A stretch of DNA of 64,000 nt, taken from NCBI GenBank assembly GCA_023205875.1, contig CP060760.1:744001-808000 (forward strand). Reading direction: 5' to 3'. Shown here one piece after another: positions 1 through 9,169 of the stretch. Numbering within the stretch: position 1 is the stretch's first letter; every line of letters begins with the position of its first letter. The notes under the pieces are model-generated. The model had not been told where the DNA came from and did no database searches. It saw nothing but the letters and a program-made list of their open reading frames with translations. Made by a program: the position numbers and the translations under genes. This stretch comes from Chloropicon primus (Eukaryota).

Positions 1-1533
1 GGCAGCCTCGGCGCGGGCGTCGGGACGAAAGACCTGTCCCTCCTGGGGAAGGGGGACTTGCTGCTCCTGTGCAGGGAGTGGGGCTTCCGGTCGGACCTGT
101 GGAGCTACCCGTCCCCGCCGTCCCCTTCGTCGCTGCGGCAGTCGTCGTCCCCTTCGTCGCAGAGGGCGGCGGCCCCCCTGGCCTCGCCCCCGCAGCCCTC
201 AACGAGCGCTCTGCGGCGGAGCGAGCCCCGGTGCATCGACCCGAGCCACTCGCAGCCCTGCCAGGTTTGCCTGCCAGCGCCCTCGGAGGACGAGGAGCAC
301 CGGTTCCAGCTGGTGGGCGACCCGGGAAGGAAGAACGGGGAGAAGAAGCTCAGGAAGTTCATCCAGATGACCCCGGAGTGGAACTCCACCGAGCTGCGGA
401 AGAAGCTCGGGGACAAGTTCAAGCCCAGGCCGGACCTGGGGACGTTCAGCAAGGTGGTGGCGAACAAGGAGGCGGCGAACTTGAGGAAGCCGCACCTGGT
501 GAGGCTGTGCAGGGAGTGGGGCTTCAAGTCCAACATTTGGCAGCCGAAGAAGGCGAAGCAGCCGAAGAGGGGAGCGGGGGCGGCTCCGAGCTCCGCCCCG
601 CGGGACGCGCAGCCCCAAGCCTTCAAGGGCGTGCAGATGTTCGCGGAAGTCAACGACCTCCTGACCAACGTCGGCAGGGAGCTCTTGCGGTCGGCCCAGG
701 CTCAAAGCCCTGGGCTCGCTAGCGGGGACCCCATGGCGATGCTGTCGGCATCGCCGCTGGCTGGGAGCGCGACGAAGGTTTCCCTGAAGGCCACGGAGCT
801 CCAAGCCATGTTCAAAGAGTCCGTGAGCACCGCGAAGAGGGCGAGGGAGATGTTTGCCCTCTTCTGCCGGCTGGTGGAGACGCACCTCGCGACCAACGGC
901 GTGAGAGACATCGACGTGATCACCCTGATATCCAAGGCCCAGGAGATCGCCCTCACCAAGATGAAGCTGGACGCCTCCAAGGCGCACCTCCTCCAGCTGA
1001 TGTCCCAACTCGAGGCAGATCAGGCCGCGAAGATGGCCATGACTGAAATGCCGGAACTCTTCTCGGCGGCTTCCATCCTGAGCGAAGCGGAGAGAAGCAT
1101 TCACGAACTGACCAAGGCCGTTACGAAGGTCCTCCCCACCCAAGCCGCCGGCGTTCTACACGGCGTCCTCTTGGAGGTGCTCGTTTTATTTACCTCCTGC
1201 CAAAGCCTCGCGGCCTTGGCGAGGTTCTGCAGCTACGGCATGTACCTGGACAGCCTCATCTTCATCTACAGCATCTTCAGCGACTTTGACGAGCAGGTCA
1301 TGAACAACCTCCACCACGCCATCGGGAAGATTCTGAACCACATGGTGTCGACCTCGAGCGTGTCCCCGGTGCTGCAGAACACCATCCAGTCCCTCCTCGT
1401 GACGAACTCGCTCTACAACCCAGCGAGTTACCACCAGGGGGAGCCCAGCAGCGCCAGGGAGCCTGGAAGGGGCGAAGGGAGCCCGGGGGATGCGACCCCC
1501 TTTCAAGGGATCGTAAAGAGAGAATTCGGATAG
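1..1533 (+). CDS. Unknown protein, 5'-truncated by the window edge, with a duplicated 'L.K..L..LCREWGF.S..W' motif and a helical C-terminal region
   Basis: Frame is open from base 1 to TAG at 1531-1533 with strong GC3 codon bias. The motif LCREWGF occurs twice (~70 and ~505). Confidence 0.75.
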   Translation, partial: GSLGAGVGTKDLSLLGKGDLLLLCREWGFRSDLWSYPSPPSPSSLRQSSSPSSQRAAAPLASPPQPSTSALRRSEPRCIDPSHSQPCQVCLPAPSEDEEHRFQLVGDPGRKNGEKKLRKFIQMTPEWNSTELRKKLGDKFKPRPDLGTFSKVVANKEAANLRKPHLVRLCREWGFKSNIWQPKKAKQPKRGAGAAPSSAPRDAQPQAFKGVQMFAEVNDLLTNVGRELLRSAQAQSPGLASGDPMAMLSASPLAGSATKVSLKATELQAMFKESVSTAKRAREMFALFCRLVETHLATNGVRDIDVITLISKAQEIALTKMKLDASKAHLLQLMSQLEADQAAKMAMTEMPELFSAASILSEAERSIHELTKAVTKVLPTQAAGVLHGVLLEVLVLFTSCQSLAALARFCSYGMYLDSLIFIYSIFSDFDEQVMNNLHHAIGKILNHMVSTSSVSPVLQNTIQSLLVTNSLYNPASYHQGEPSSAREPGRGEGSPGDATPFQGIVKREFG

Positions 1534-1676
1534 GAGGGGAGAGGCTGGCTCGCCCTAGCTCCTCTGGGGTTAAGAAATATTATTTTTTCTTTTTGGGTCC
1601 CACAAGACAGTTTATTATGATTCTTAGAGTACAGACACTTTGGAAGCGAGGTACAGCAAGTAGCTTGGCGCGATGC

Positions 1677-3011
1677 CTACGTCCCGCCGCCGCCCTCCTC
1701 CTTCACCCAAGCCGTGCCGTTGAAGAAATACCCCGAGCTCGAATCAAAATACAGCTGCTTGTCGTGGTTGAAGTAATACGACGAGTGCGGGTCCCAAACG
1801 TAGCCCGGCGGGACTGGGTTTGGCTGCTGGTGTTGCCCGCTGCACGACTCCCCCTTTGCCTTGTTCCTCGCTCTGGTCACCAGCTCTGCCTTCTCGGCAA
1901 CGCCGGTGAGGTCCTCGCCCCTCGAAACGAGGAACTGCTTCAGCTTTGAAATGGACCAAGATCCATAATCCTCGTCGTCGTTGGCCGCGGGGTCCGAGGC
2001 CGCACCAGATGAGGAAGGGCCCTCGGCTCTCGCCGCATTCGCACCTTCGTCCTCTGCAAACATGTCGTCGTCGCCATCGTCGCCGTCCATGCCCCCGTCG
2101 TCGTTCGTCCCCAAGAACAGCGAAGCCGCTCTCTCGAAGTCCACCTTCTTCTTGGAGAACACGTCAAGCTCTCCCGCGCCCATCAGAGTGGTGGAGCATT
2201 CCGTGAGCTCCTTGAAATCGGCCTTCATCTCTTCGCTCTGATTGCCGCCGCTGGCCTCTCCGCCGCCGCTCTCAGAAGCCTGGAGACCGGGGGGCAGGCC
2301 CCTCTTGCCCCCGAGACGCTTGGCCCTCTTCGCGTCCTTGCCCCCGAGACGCTGCAAAGCGACCTGCACGGTCTCCCCCTCCTTCAATATGTCTGCTATC
2401 TTCATGTTCAACAAAGCGATTTGCCGCTCGGTCAGCTCCTCCGGCGCGCCCTTCTGGTCCTCCGCGACGCGCTTGGCCCGCAGCGCAGCCTCTGCCTTGG
2501 ACTTGTCCAGCACATCCACATCCTTGAGCCAAGCGTCCTCCACCTCGTCCTTGTCCTTCTTCTCGCCGTCCCTGTCGTTCTCGTCGTTCCAATAGTAGTT
2601 CCCGTCCTTGTCGAACCGCCCCGTCGCCCGCTCGTCGTCCAAGTTGAACGCGGTGAACGAGACGCCGCCTCCCCCCTCCCCACCCAGGTCTCTCCTCACT
2701 GCGCCGGCCTCCTCTGCTTCCTCGACGTCCCCGAGCTCGACGTCCTCCTGCGTCTGCACCAGCGACCCACCCCTCCTCGCGGCAGTCCTCCTCCTCTTCG
2801 CCTCCTTGATACGGACGTCCAACGAGGCGTCGTCCCCCTCAAACTCCACCCGCTTCTCCTTCCCCTTGCCATGATGCCCCTGCTCGTGTTCCCCATCTTG
2901 AGCGTGACCACCACGACGCTCTTCCTCCTCCCTGGCGTGCTGGTGCTTCCGTTCCTTCCTGGCCTCCTCCTCCAGGAGAGCCTCGCGCACAAGCTCTTCC
3001 GTCGTCTTCAT
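1677..3011 (-). CDS. CD2BP2/LIN1 (U5-52K)-like spliceosomal protein with a SAP-like helical domain and a C-terminal OCRE-like aromatic repeat
   Basis: Has FTAFNLDDERATGRFDKDGNY, DAWL and ILKEGETVQVALQRLG, typical of CD2BP2/Lin1. C-terminus PPGYVWDPHSSYYFNHDKQLYFDSSSGYFF is OCRE-like. Confidence 0.8.
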   Translation of the reverse strand: MKTTEELVREALLEEEARKERKHQHAREEEERRGGHAQDGEHEQGHHGKGKEKRVEFEGDDASLDVRIKEAKRRRTAARRGGSLVQTQEDVELGDVEEAEEAGAVRRDLGGEGGGGVSFTAFNLDDERATGRFDKDGNYYWNDENDRDGEKKDKDEVEDAWLKDVDVLDKSKAEAALRAKRVAEDQKGAPEELTERQIALLNMKIADILKEGETVQVALQRLGGKDAKRAKRLGGKRGLPPGLQASESGGGEASGGNQSEEMKADFKELTECSTTLMGAGELDVFSKKKVDFERAASLFLGTNDDGGMDGDDGDDDMFAEDEGANAARAEGPSSSGAASDPAANDDEDYGSWSISKLKQFLVSRGEDLTGVAEKAELVTRARNKAKGESCSGQHQQPNPVPPGYVWDPHSSYYFNHDKQLYFDSSSGYFFNGTAWVKEEGGGGT

Positions 3012-3327
3012 GAGGAGGAGGAGGAGGAGGAGGAGGTACCCGCTCGACCGACACCTTCCTTTCCCTTAACTGACTGACAGCTTGGGTGTGGAATTCAAAA
3101 CACCAACCACCTCATCCAATACGAGAGGGCAGTCAAGTAACAAGGACGGAGACGATGACGATGAGGATGGCCCTCCACGACATCCACCTGCTCTGGGTTT
3201 CAGTGCCTTGTCGAGGAACCAAACAAAAGTGTGTACATGATGGATGGATTGACTTTTCAACAAAATTGGTTCGTAATAATACATTTATTGATTCCTATCG
3301 TAGTAGTGGCACAAGCTGGGTGGGCAA

Positions 3328-3687
3328 TTAGGCAGAGGTGTACTTGGTGACGGCCTTGGTTCCCTCAGAGACGGCGTGCTTGGCCAACTCTCCTGGAAGG
3401 ATGAGCCTGACAGCGGTCTGGATCTCCCTGGAGGTCACGGTTGGCTTCTTGCTGTACCTGGCGAGCTTGGAGGCCTCGCCGGCGATCTTCTCGAAGATGT
3501 CGTTGATGAAGGAGTTCATGATCGACATGGCCTTGGAGGAGATACCGGTATCAGGGTGCACCTGCTTGAGGACCTTGTAGATGTAGATCTTGTAGGTCTC
3601 GACCTTGGCCTTTCTCTTCTTGGTGCCGGAAGCTCCCTTCTTCACGGTCTTCTTGGCAGGCTTCTTGTCAGCTTTCTTTGGTGGCAT
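3328..3687 (-). CDS. H2B: Histone H2B (intronless)
   Basis: MPPKKADKK...[31 protein letters not shown]...[18 protein letters not shown] at 3687. Confidence 0.98.
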   Translation of the reverse strand: MPPKKADKKPAKKTVKKGASGTKKRKAKVETYKIYIYKVLKQVHPDTGISSKAMSIMNSFINDIFEKIAGEASKLARYSKKPTVTSREIQTAVRLILPGELAKHAVSEGTKAVTKYTSA

Positions 3688-4100
3688 CTTGAATGAAGAT
3701 GAAGTTAAGTTCGTTCTTGACTCGTTGTGCGGGGTCTTGTGCGACGGATGCTTCCTCTTTGTGACGACCGCCATCTCTGTCCCCGCCCTCCGCGCTCCCC
3801 CCCCCCCCAGGTGTGAGACCGAATACCACGGTTCAAATCAGAAACACGGAAATGTTCATCTTCGCAAAACACACAGAGATCGCACTCGTGTAGAGATCTG
3901 GTCTTAACGTTTTTCCAAAAAAAACGAAATGGTTTCAACATTTCTGTATTCGGTTTCGCTCGCGATGGCGTCCGCGTTCCAGGGCGGGCCCCGGTGCGCA
4001 GTCGATCAAACGCAAGGTGAACGCCGTCGCACACTACAGCACGAAGCGAGCGAGTCAAACAAACACTTCTTCACACAACCAACACTTGTACTTGACCGTC
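3688..4100. promoter_or_regulatory. Bidirectional promoter and 5'UTRs of the divergent H2B/H2A pair
   Basis: 413 bp between the head-to-head start codons, the classic H2A-H2B arrangement. Confidence 0.7.
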
Positions 4101-4472
4101 ATGTCCGGAAGAGGAAAGGGAAAGAGCGGCAAGAAGGCCGTGACCAAGTCCGCCAAGGCTGGACTCCAGTTCCCAGTGGGAAGGGTCAGAAGGTATCTGA
4201 AGAGCGGAAAGTACGCCACCAGGATCGGATCCGGTGCCCCTGTGTACTTGGCCGCCGTCCTCGAGTACCTCGCCGCTGAGGTTCTCGAGTTGGCCGGAAA
4301 CGCCTCCAGGGACAACAAGAAGTCCAGGATCATCCCAAGGCACATCCAGCTCGCCATCAGGAACGATGAGGAGTTGAGCAAGTTGCTCTCCACCGTCACC
4401 ATCGCCGCTGGTGGTGTCTTGCCAAACATCCACTCCGTCCTTCTCCCAAAGAAGTCCGGAAAGAAGGCCTAA
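4101..4472 (+). CDS. H2A: Histone H2A (intronless)
   Basis: MSGRGKGK...[10 protein letters not shown]...[20 protein letters not shown]...[18 protein letters not shown] at 4101. Confidence 0.98.
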   Translation: MSGRGKGKSGKKAVTKSAKAGLQFPVGRVRRYLKSGKYATRIGSGAPVYLAAVLEYLAAEVLELAGNASRDNKKSRIIPRHIQLAIRNDEELSKLLSTVTIAAGGVLPNIHSVLLPKKSGKKA

Positions 4473-4568
4473 GGGTTGGGGTTCTCAAAAAAGAAGAAGA
4501 ATGTATTTCTGTATCTATTGTGATTCTGTATTATAACGTCCAAAAACAAAACGCTTGCTGTTCTCCGA

Positions 4569-5737
4569 CTAACTTGTCCGGCCCGCACCGACTTGCTCGT
4601 TTCTGTGCCAATTCACCACCTCCTTGTACGGCAACGTCCCGCCGAAGATGTCGAGCGCGCTCCCGACCGTGGCGTCCACCATCCCTCGACCCAACCCCTT
4701 TATCAACTCCATGTCCTGCAAGGTGCGAACGCCGCCGGCGTACGTGGCTGGAATGGGGGAGTAGTCCCCCAGGAGCCTGACGAGATCCTCGTCGATTCCC
4801 AGCTGCTTCCCCTCCACGTCCACTCCGTGAATGAGAAACTCGCAGCAGTACTCTGACAAGTGGGCCAGAGAATCTTGGTCAACCTGTTCGGGAAGGGTAG
4901 TCCAGCATCGACGTCGTCAGTGAATCGAATCGCTCTCGGGCCGCACCGACTCGTCGCTCACTCACTCACTCACTCACTCACTCAACGTACCTTCAAGGAC
5001 GCGAACTTCTGCCACCTGTCCGTGACCACGTAGTAGTCCCCCCCGGCCTCCCTCCTTCGGCAGCTCAGGTCCAACACGAGCCTCTCCCTTCCCACAACGC
5101 TCGACAAGGTTTCGAGCCGATCGAGCTGGAGCTCCCCGTTCTTGAACACGGAAGAGGTCACGATCACGTGGCTCGCTCCGTCGTCGAGGTACGAGCCCGC
5201 GTTGCGAGCGTCGACGCCCCCGCCAACCTGAAGCGTGTTCGGAAAGTCCCTCAGCGCCTCCCGGGCCACCCTCTGCGTCTCGGCGTCCTTGCTCAGGAGG
5301 ATCATGTGCCCACCGTAAAGGCCGTCTGAGGAATAGAGCTCCGCGTAGTGGGACGGGGACTCCGAGGCCACGAAGTTCGTCAGCAGCCTGCGTTCGCGGC
5401 GAGCCAGACCAAGGCATCGGCGGCAAAATGAAGTGAGGCAACCAAAAGTCAGCAAAGATCTCAAGATGGGAGAGGAGGTGGCGCGCACGAACAAGCCGCG
5501 CCCCTCCCCCACTACTCGACATCGCACTTACTCCTTCGCGTTCCCCCCCTTTTCGAGATCCGAGAGCGTCGACCCCACAATCTGCTTCACCTTCCCCTTG
5601 TGCAAGTCGATGCAGGGCCTGAACTGCATAGGCCTGGTGCTTGTGGTCGCCGTCGTTGCGCTAGGGCTGGAGCACCCCACGTGGTACCCAGGGCACCTCC
5701 CCCTCCCGGTGGAGGCCGGTCCCCTCGCTCGATGCAT
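4569..5737 (-). CDS. HISN3: ProFAR isomerase (HisA/HIS6/HISN3 type); 3 exons, introns 5388-5531 and 4884-4990
   Basis: Has [52 protein letters not shown] and [11 protein letters not shown]. The GT-AG introns join the three ORFs in frame. Confidence 0.93.
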
Positions 5738-6546
5738 CCTCCGTCTGTCGTCCGTTTCGGAACAAAACAAAACTTGCTGAGTGCCGTCCAAGGACGCGTG
5801 ACGAACGTATTACGATCCCGAGACAACGCACCGATCCCTTGCCGCCTCACCCCCTCCCCGCTTCCCCTTCCTCCCCCTCGTCGCGTCGCTCGTCCCGATC
5901 CCGATCCCTCTCTCCACGTTTCCTGCTGGTGCTGGGCTTGTGTCTTGCCTTCCTTCCTTCCTTCCAACACACACACGCGAGTGCGCGATGAAGACACCAA
6001 ACGAAAGCCCTCGAGGCGTAGTATCGTCCTACGAGTGCCGCCTCCGCCGTCGTCCGTCGCCTCCGTCGTCGTCCTCGTCCTCGTCCTCGTCGTCGTCGGT
6101 GTGTCTCCAGCGCCGGGCCGCGTGCTCGTGATCCCAAGGACAGGATTCAAAACCAGGAGAGAGGCCAAGGGGAGAGGGGGGCCAAGGTCCAAGGTGTGTC
6201 GTACATCAACCCGGAACCGAAGACAACGACCGAGGAGGACGCCGAGGAGGACGCCGAGGAGGGACAAAGGTTGCACACACCAACGCACGAGGTCACTCAC
6301 CTGGACTCGCCTTGAAGGGGACCAGGGCCAGGGGGGGGACACCCTACAGAGGAAGTGGACAGGCCAACCCAAAGGGGGGCCAGAGGGGAGGCAAGTGTGG
6401 GAGGGCGTGCCTCTTTGTTTTGTGTGTGCTCGGTTTAGGGGCACGAGGAAGGCCCCCTGTGCTGCCTGTGTCCGGGGGAAGATAAGATACGATAAGATGG
6501 TGGCGCGAGACGGACTGGATTGACGGGAAGAGAGGGTGTTCTGAAG

Positions 6547-7740
6547 ATGGAAGGTCCGAAAGGGGGGACCGAGGCCAGACAGTACACCTCGCGTGAGCTC
6601 GCCGTTCGGTTGGAGAGCATGTACAGTCGCGGAATCTTCCTGGGTCTGGCGCAGGTACTCGCCCCGGCGGCCATACCCGCGTACGACTACCTGGAGGCGT
6701 ACAGCAAGGACGACCGGCTTTATCCTTACACTTTTGTGTTCATCGGGGCGAACGTGCTCGTGGGTGTGTTGGGGATCCTGGCCTCGACGCAGAGGAGGTC
6801 TTCCCTCCTGGCGCTGCACGTGGCCACCGCCGTGATCGTGGGCTGCATCGTGGGGGGGCTCTCCCTCCTGCTCAGCCACCTGATGTGGGTGCAGTGCGAA
6901 CTCAAAGCAAAGTCCTTTGACGGTTGCAACGAGCTCCTGTGCAGCTGCCTTGCGGACGACACGTGCACGACGAGCGATTTCGACAACAACATTGGGTGCT
7001 CGGAGTGCAAGGCCTACCCCAACGACATTTGCTCGTACTTTGACTACGACAGCGTCGCCAGAGGCTTCAACCCGGAGACGTACAAGGTCCTCGTGATCGT
7101 CTGCATGAACGTTCTGTCGGCCACGCACAGCATGCTGGCCCTGATAAGGAAGGAGCACTTTGACAGCATCCAGAGCTCCAGGAGGGAGCTGATCGTGGAG
7201 CACCTCAAGGCCCAAGAGCTCGGCAACAGCGTCGTGCCGCCTCCAGGTGGGGGCGGGGGCAAGCCGGCGGGCAAGCCGGCGGGGAAGCAGCCCCCCCTGG
7301 GCAACAGCAACGCCCCGCCGCCCCAGGCGGACCAAGCGGCCAAGCGACAGCCCCCCCCAGCCCAGAAGAAGAAGAAGGAGAGGAGGAAGAAGGCAAAGTC
7401 GAAGAAGATCTCGCCCGTGACCTCGTTCGAGGAGCCTCCGCCGGAGGCCGAGGCGGCCCCGACTCCGGCCCCCGGCGCCATCTTCGACCTGGGCAAGTCC
7501 AAGACCGCCACGGAGAAGGACGCGGCCAAGATGATGGACCAGACGGAGTACGACCGGCTGAGGCAGAGCGTCCAGCAGCAGCCCGAGGAGGCCGTCGTCC
7601 CCAAGAAAAAGGACGCGTCGAAGAAGGCCAAGAAGCCCCCCAAGGTGGAGACGGCCGCCGTCGTCGCCGCACCGGCGCCCAAGGTGGAGACGGACTTGGG
7701 GCTCGAGGATGTCGATGACTTTTTGGACAATCTCCTGTAA
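6547..7740 (+). CDS. Four-TM membrane protein with an 8-Cys loop between TM3 and TM4 and a long Pro/Lys-rich tail (tetraspanin-like topology)
   Basis: Coding-like codon bias; four hydrophobic segments; loop QCELK...GCNELLCSC...TC...GCSEC...IC. Confidence 0.7.
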   Translation: MEGPKGGTEARQYTSRELAVRLESMYSRGIFLGLAQVLAPAAIPAYDYLEAYSKDDRLYPYTFVFIGANVLVGVLGILASTQRRSSLLALHVATAVIVGCIVGGLSLLLSHLMWVQCELKAKSFDGCNELLCSCLADDTCTTSDFDNNIGCSECKAYPNDICSYFDYDSVARGFNPETYKVLVIVCMNVLSATHSMLALIRKEHFDSIQSSRRELIVEHLKAQELGNSVVPPPGGGGGKPAGKPAGKQPPLGNSNAPPPQADQAAKRQPPPAQKKKKERRKKAKSKKISPVTSFEEPPPEAEAAPTPAPGAIFDLGKSKTATEKDAAKMMDQTEYDRLRQSVQQQPEEAVVPKKKDASKKAKKPPKVETAAVVAAPAPKVETDLGLEDVDDFLDNLL

Positions 7741-7833
7741 AATACATGCATACATGCATATCGTACATCGAGGGGCGAGTGTAGTAGTATTATAACTTTT
7801 TTTGTTCTTGCTCTCTCGATCTTGGTTCTTGGT

Positions 7834-8304
7834 TCACATGGGCTCTTCCATGAGCTCGTTGATCACGAGTGCGGTGACCGTCGCCGTCGCCGTGATTATG
7901 AGCGCGGACCAAGGGTCCTGTCCCCTCATCACGCAGTACCCCGTGACACACATCCCGCCGGAGAATGCGCTCAGGAAGTCGTACCTCTTGGAGAACTCCT
8001 CGACCCCCTCCCCCACCGCCTCCCCCACCTTCCTCGCCTCCTCGAACAGACTCACGGCGTTGCTTTTGCTGTTGATGACGCTCGTTTCCTCCTCCACGAC
8101 GTCGGCCGAGGAGGAGGAAACCCCCTTTTCCCCATCCACCAGCACCCTCGTCGCCATTCTCCCTCTCCCTCCCGCCCAAGAAGAAGACGAAGAGCGAGAG
8201 CGAGATCCAGGACACCGCACCGCGGCCCCGGCCGTCCCCCTCGCCACCGTCCTCGTCCTCGTCGTCCTCGTCGTCCTCGTCCTCGTCGCCATCGCCATCG
8301 TCAT
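7834..8304 (-). CDS. Small putative plastid membrane protein of unknown function
   Basis: Arg/Thr/Ser-rich presequence-like N-terminus followed by a hydrophobic hairpin YDFLSAFSGGMCVTGYCVMRGQDPWSALIITATATVTALVINE. Confidence 0.6.
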   Translation of the reverse strand: MTMAMATRTRTTRTTRTRTVARGTAGAAVRCPGSRSRSSSSSWAGGRGRMATRVLVDGEKGVSSSSADVVEEETSVINSKSNAVSLFEEARKVGEAVGEGVEEFSKRYDFLSAFSGGMCVTGYCVMRGQDPWSALIITATATVTALVINELMEEPM

Positions 8305-8362
8305 CGTCTGGAAAATATCTTCCTTATCCTTAGATGATCGATCAGCGATCTGCAGAAGGGAG

Positions 8363-8861
8363 GGAGGGAAGGGGCGAGAGGGAGGGCGACATTAGGACAC
8401 GGAGGGGGACGGAGCAGAGGAGGGCGGTATTGTGCGGTAGAGGACAGCAAGGGCTTTCCAAAGATACCAAGCTTGCCTTGTTTGAGTCACGGAGTCGTGA
8501 GAACGGAGGGGTTCTCTCTACTGCTGCTGCTTGCTGCTGGAGGGAAGGGGCGAGAGGGAGGGCGACATTAGGACACGGAGGGGGACGGAGCAGAGGAGGG
8601 CGGTATTGTGCGGTAGAGGACAGCAAGGGCTTTCCAAAGATACCAAGCTTGCCTTGTTTGAGTCACGGAGTCGTGAGAACGGAGGGGTTCTCTCTACTGC
8701 TGCTGCTTGCTGCTGGAGGGAAGGGGCGAGAGGGAGGGCGACATTAGGACACGGAGGGGGACGGAGCAGAGGAGGGCGGTATTGTGCGGTAGAGGACAGC
8801 AAGGGCTTTCCAAAGATACCAAGCTTGCCTTGTTTGAGTCACGGAGTCGTGAGAACGGAGG
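8363..8861. repeat. Direct tandem repeat, 176-bp unit, about 2.8 copies
   Basis: The unit ggagggaaggggcgagagggagggcgacattaggacac... starts at 8363, 8539 and 8715; the copies appear identical. Confidence 0.95.
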
Positions 8862-9169
8862 TTCTCTAGGAGGTTTAGTCCCTTTCAGACGATTTCAGCT
8901 CCCTCGGAGGAGGTTTGTCCCTTTCAGTGAGATTCTCTTTTTGCAAAACGGAGGGCGAGAGGCGCTGGAGGAGGGCGAGAGGCGCTGGAGGTGATCGATC
9001 GATCGAGACGCGACACACCGACGGGGGAGGGGAGGCGTGCCATACTGCAATACTGCAACGTGGGGTCTTCTTCTCGTTCGTTCGTTTCTGGTTTAGGTTT
9101 TCGAAGGGAAAGGGGAAGGGAGTTGAACGCAAAGCGCTTGACAACCTGGAGGGGGGTTGGGGGTTGGGG

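Noticed and set aside
3240..4540. Metazoan/volvocine-type 3' stem-loop after the histone genes
   Set aside because: No conserved palindrome is visible after either stop codon. H2B has AATAAA in an AT-rich 3' region, consistent with ordinary polyadenylation.
5587..7755. 722-aa minus-strand ORF and many other long antisense ORFs (e.g. 21486-23054, 41587-43050, 58559-60217)
   Set aside because: These are shadows of GC3-rich sense genes, with low-complexity composition and no motifs.
8363..8861. CRISPR-like array
   Set aside because: The units are fully identical with no unique spacers, there are no cas genes, and the context is eukaryotic.
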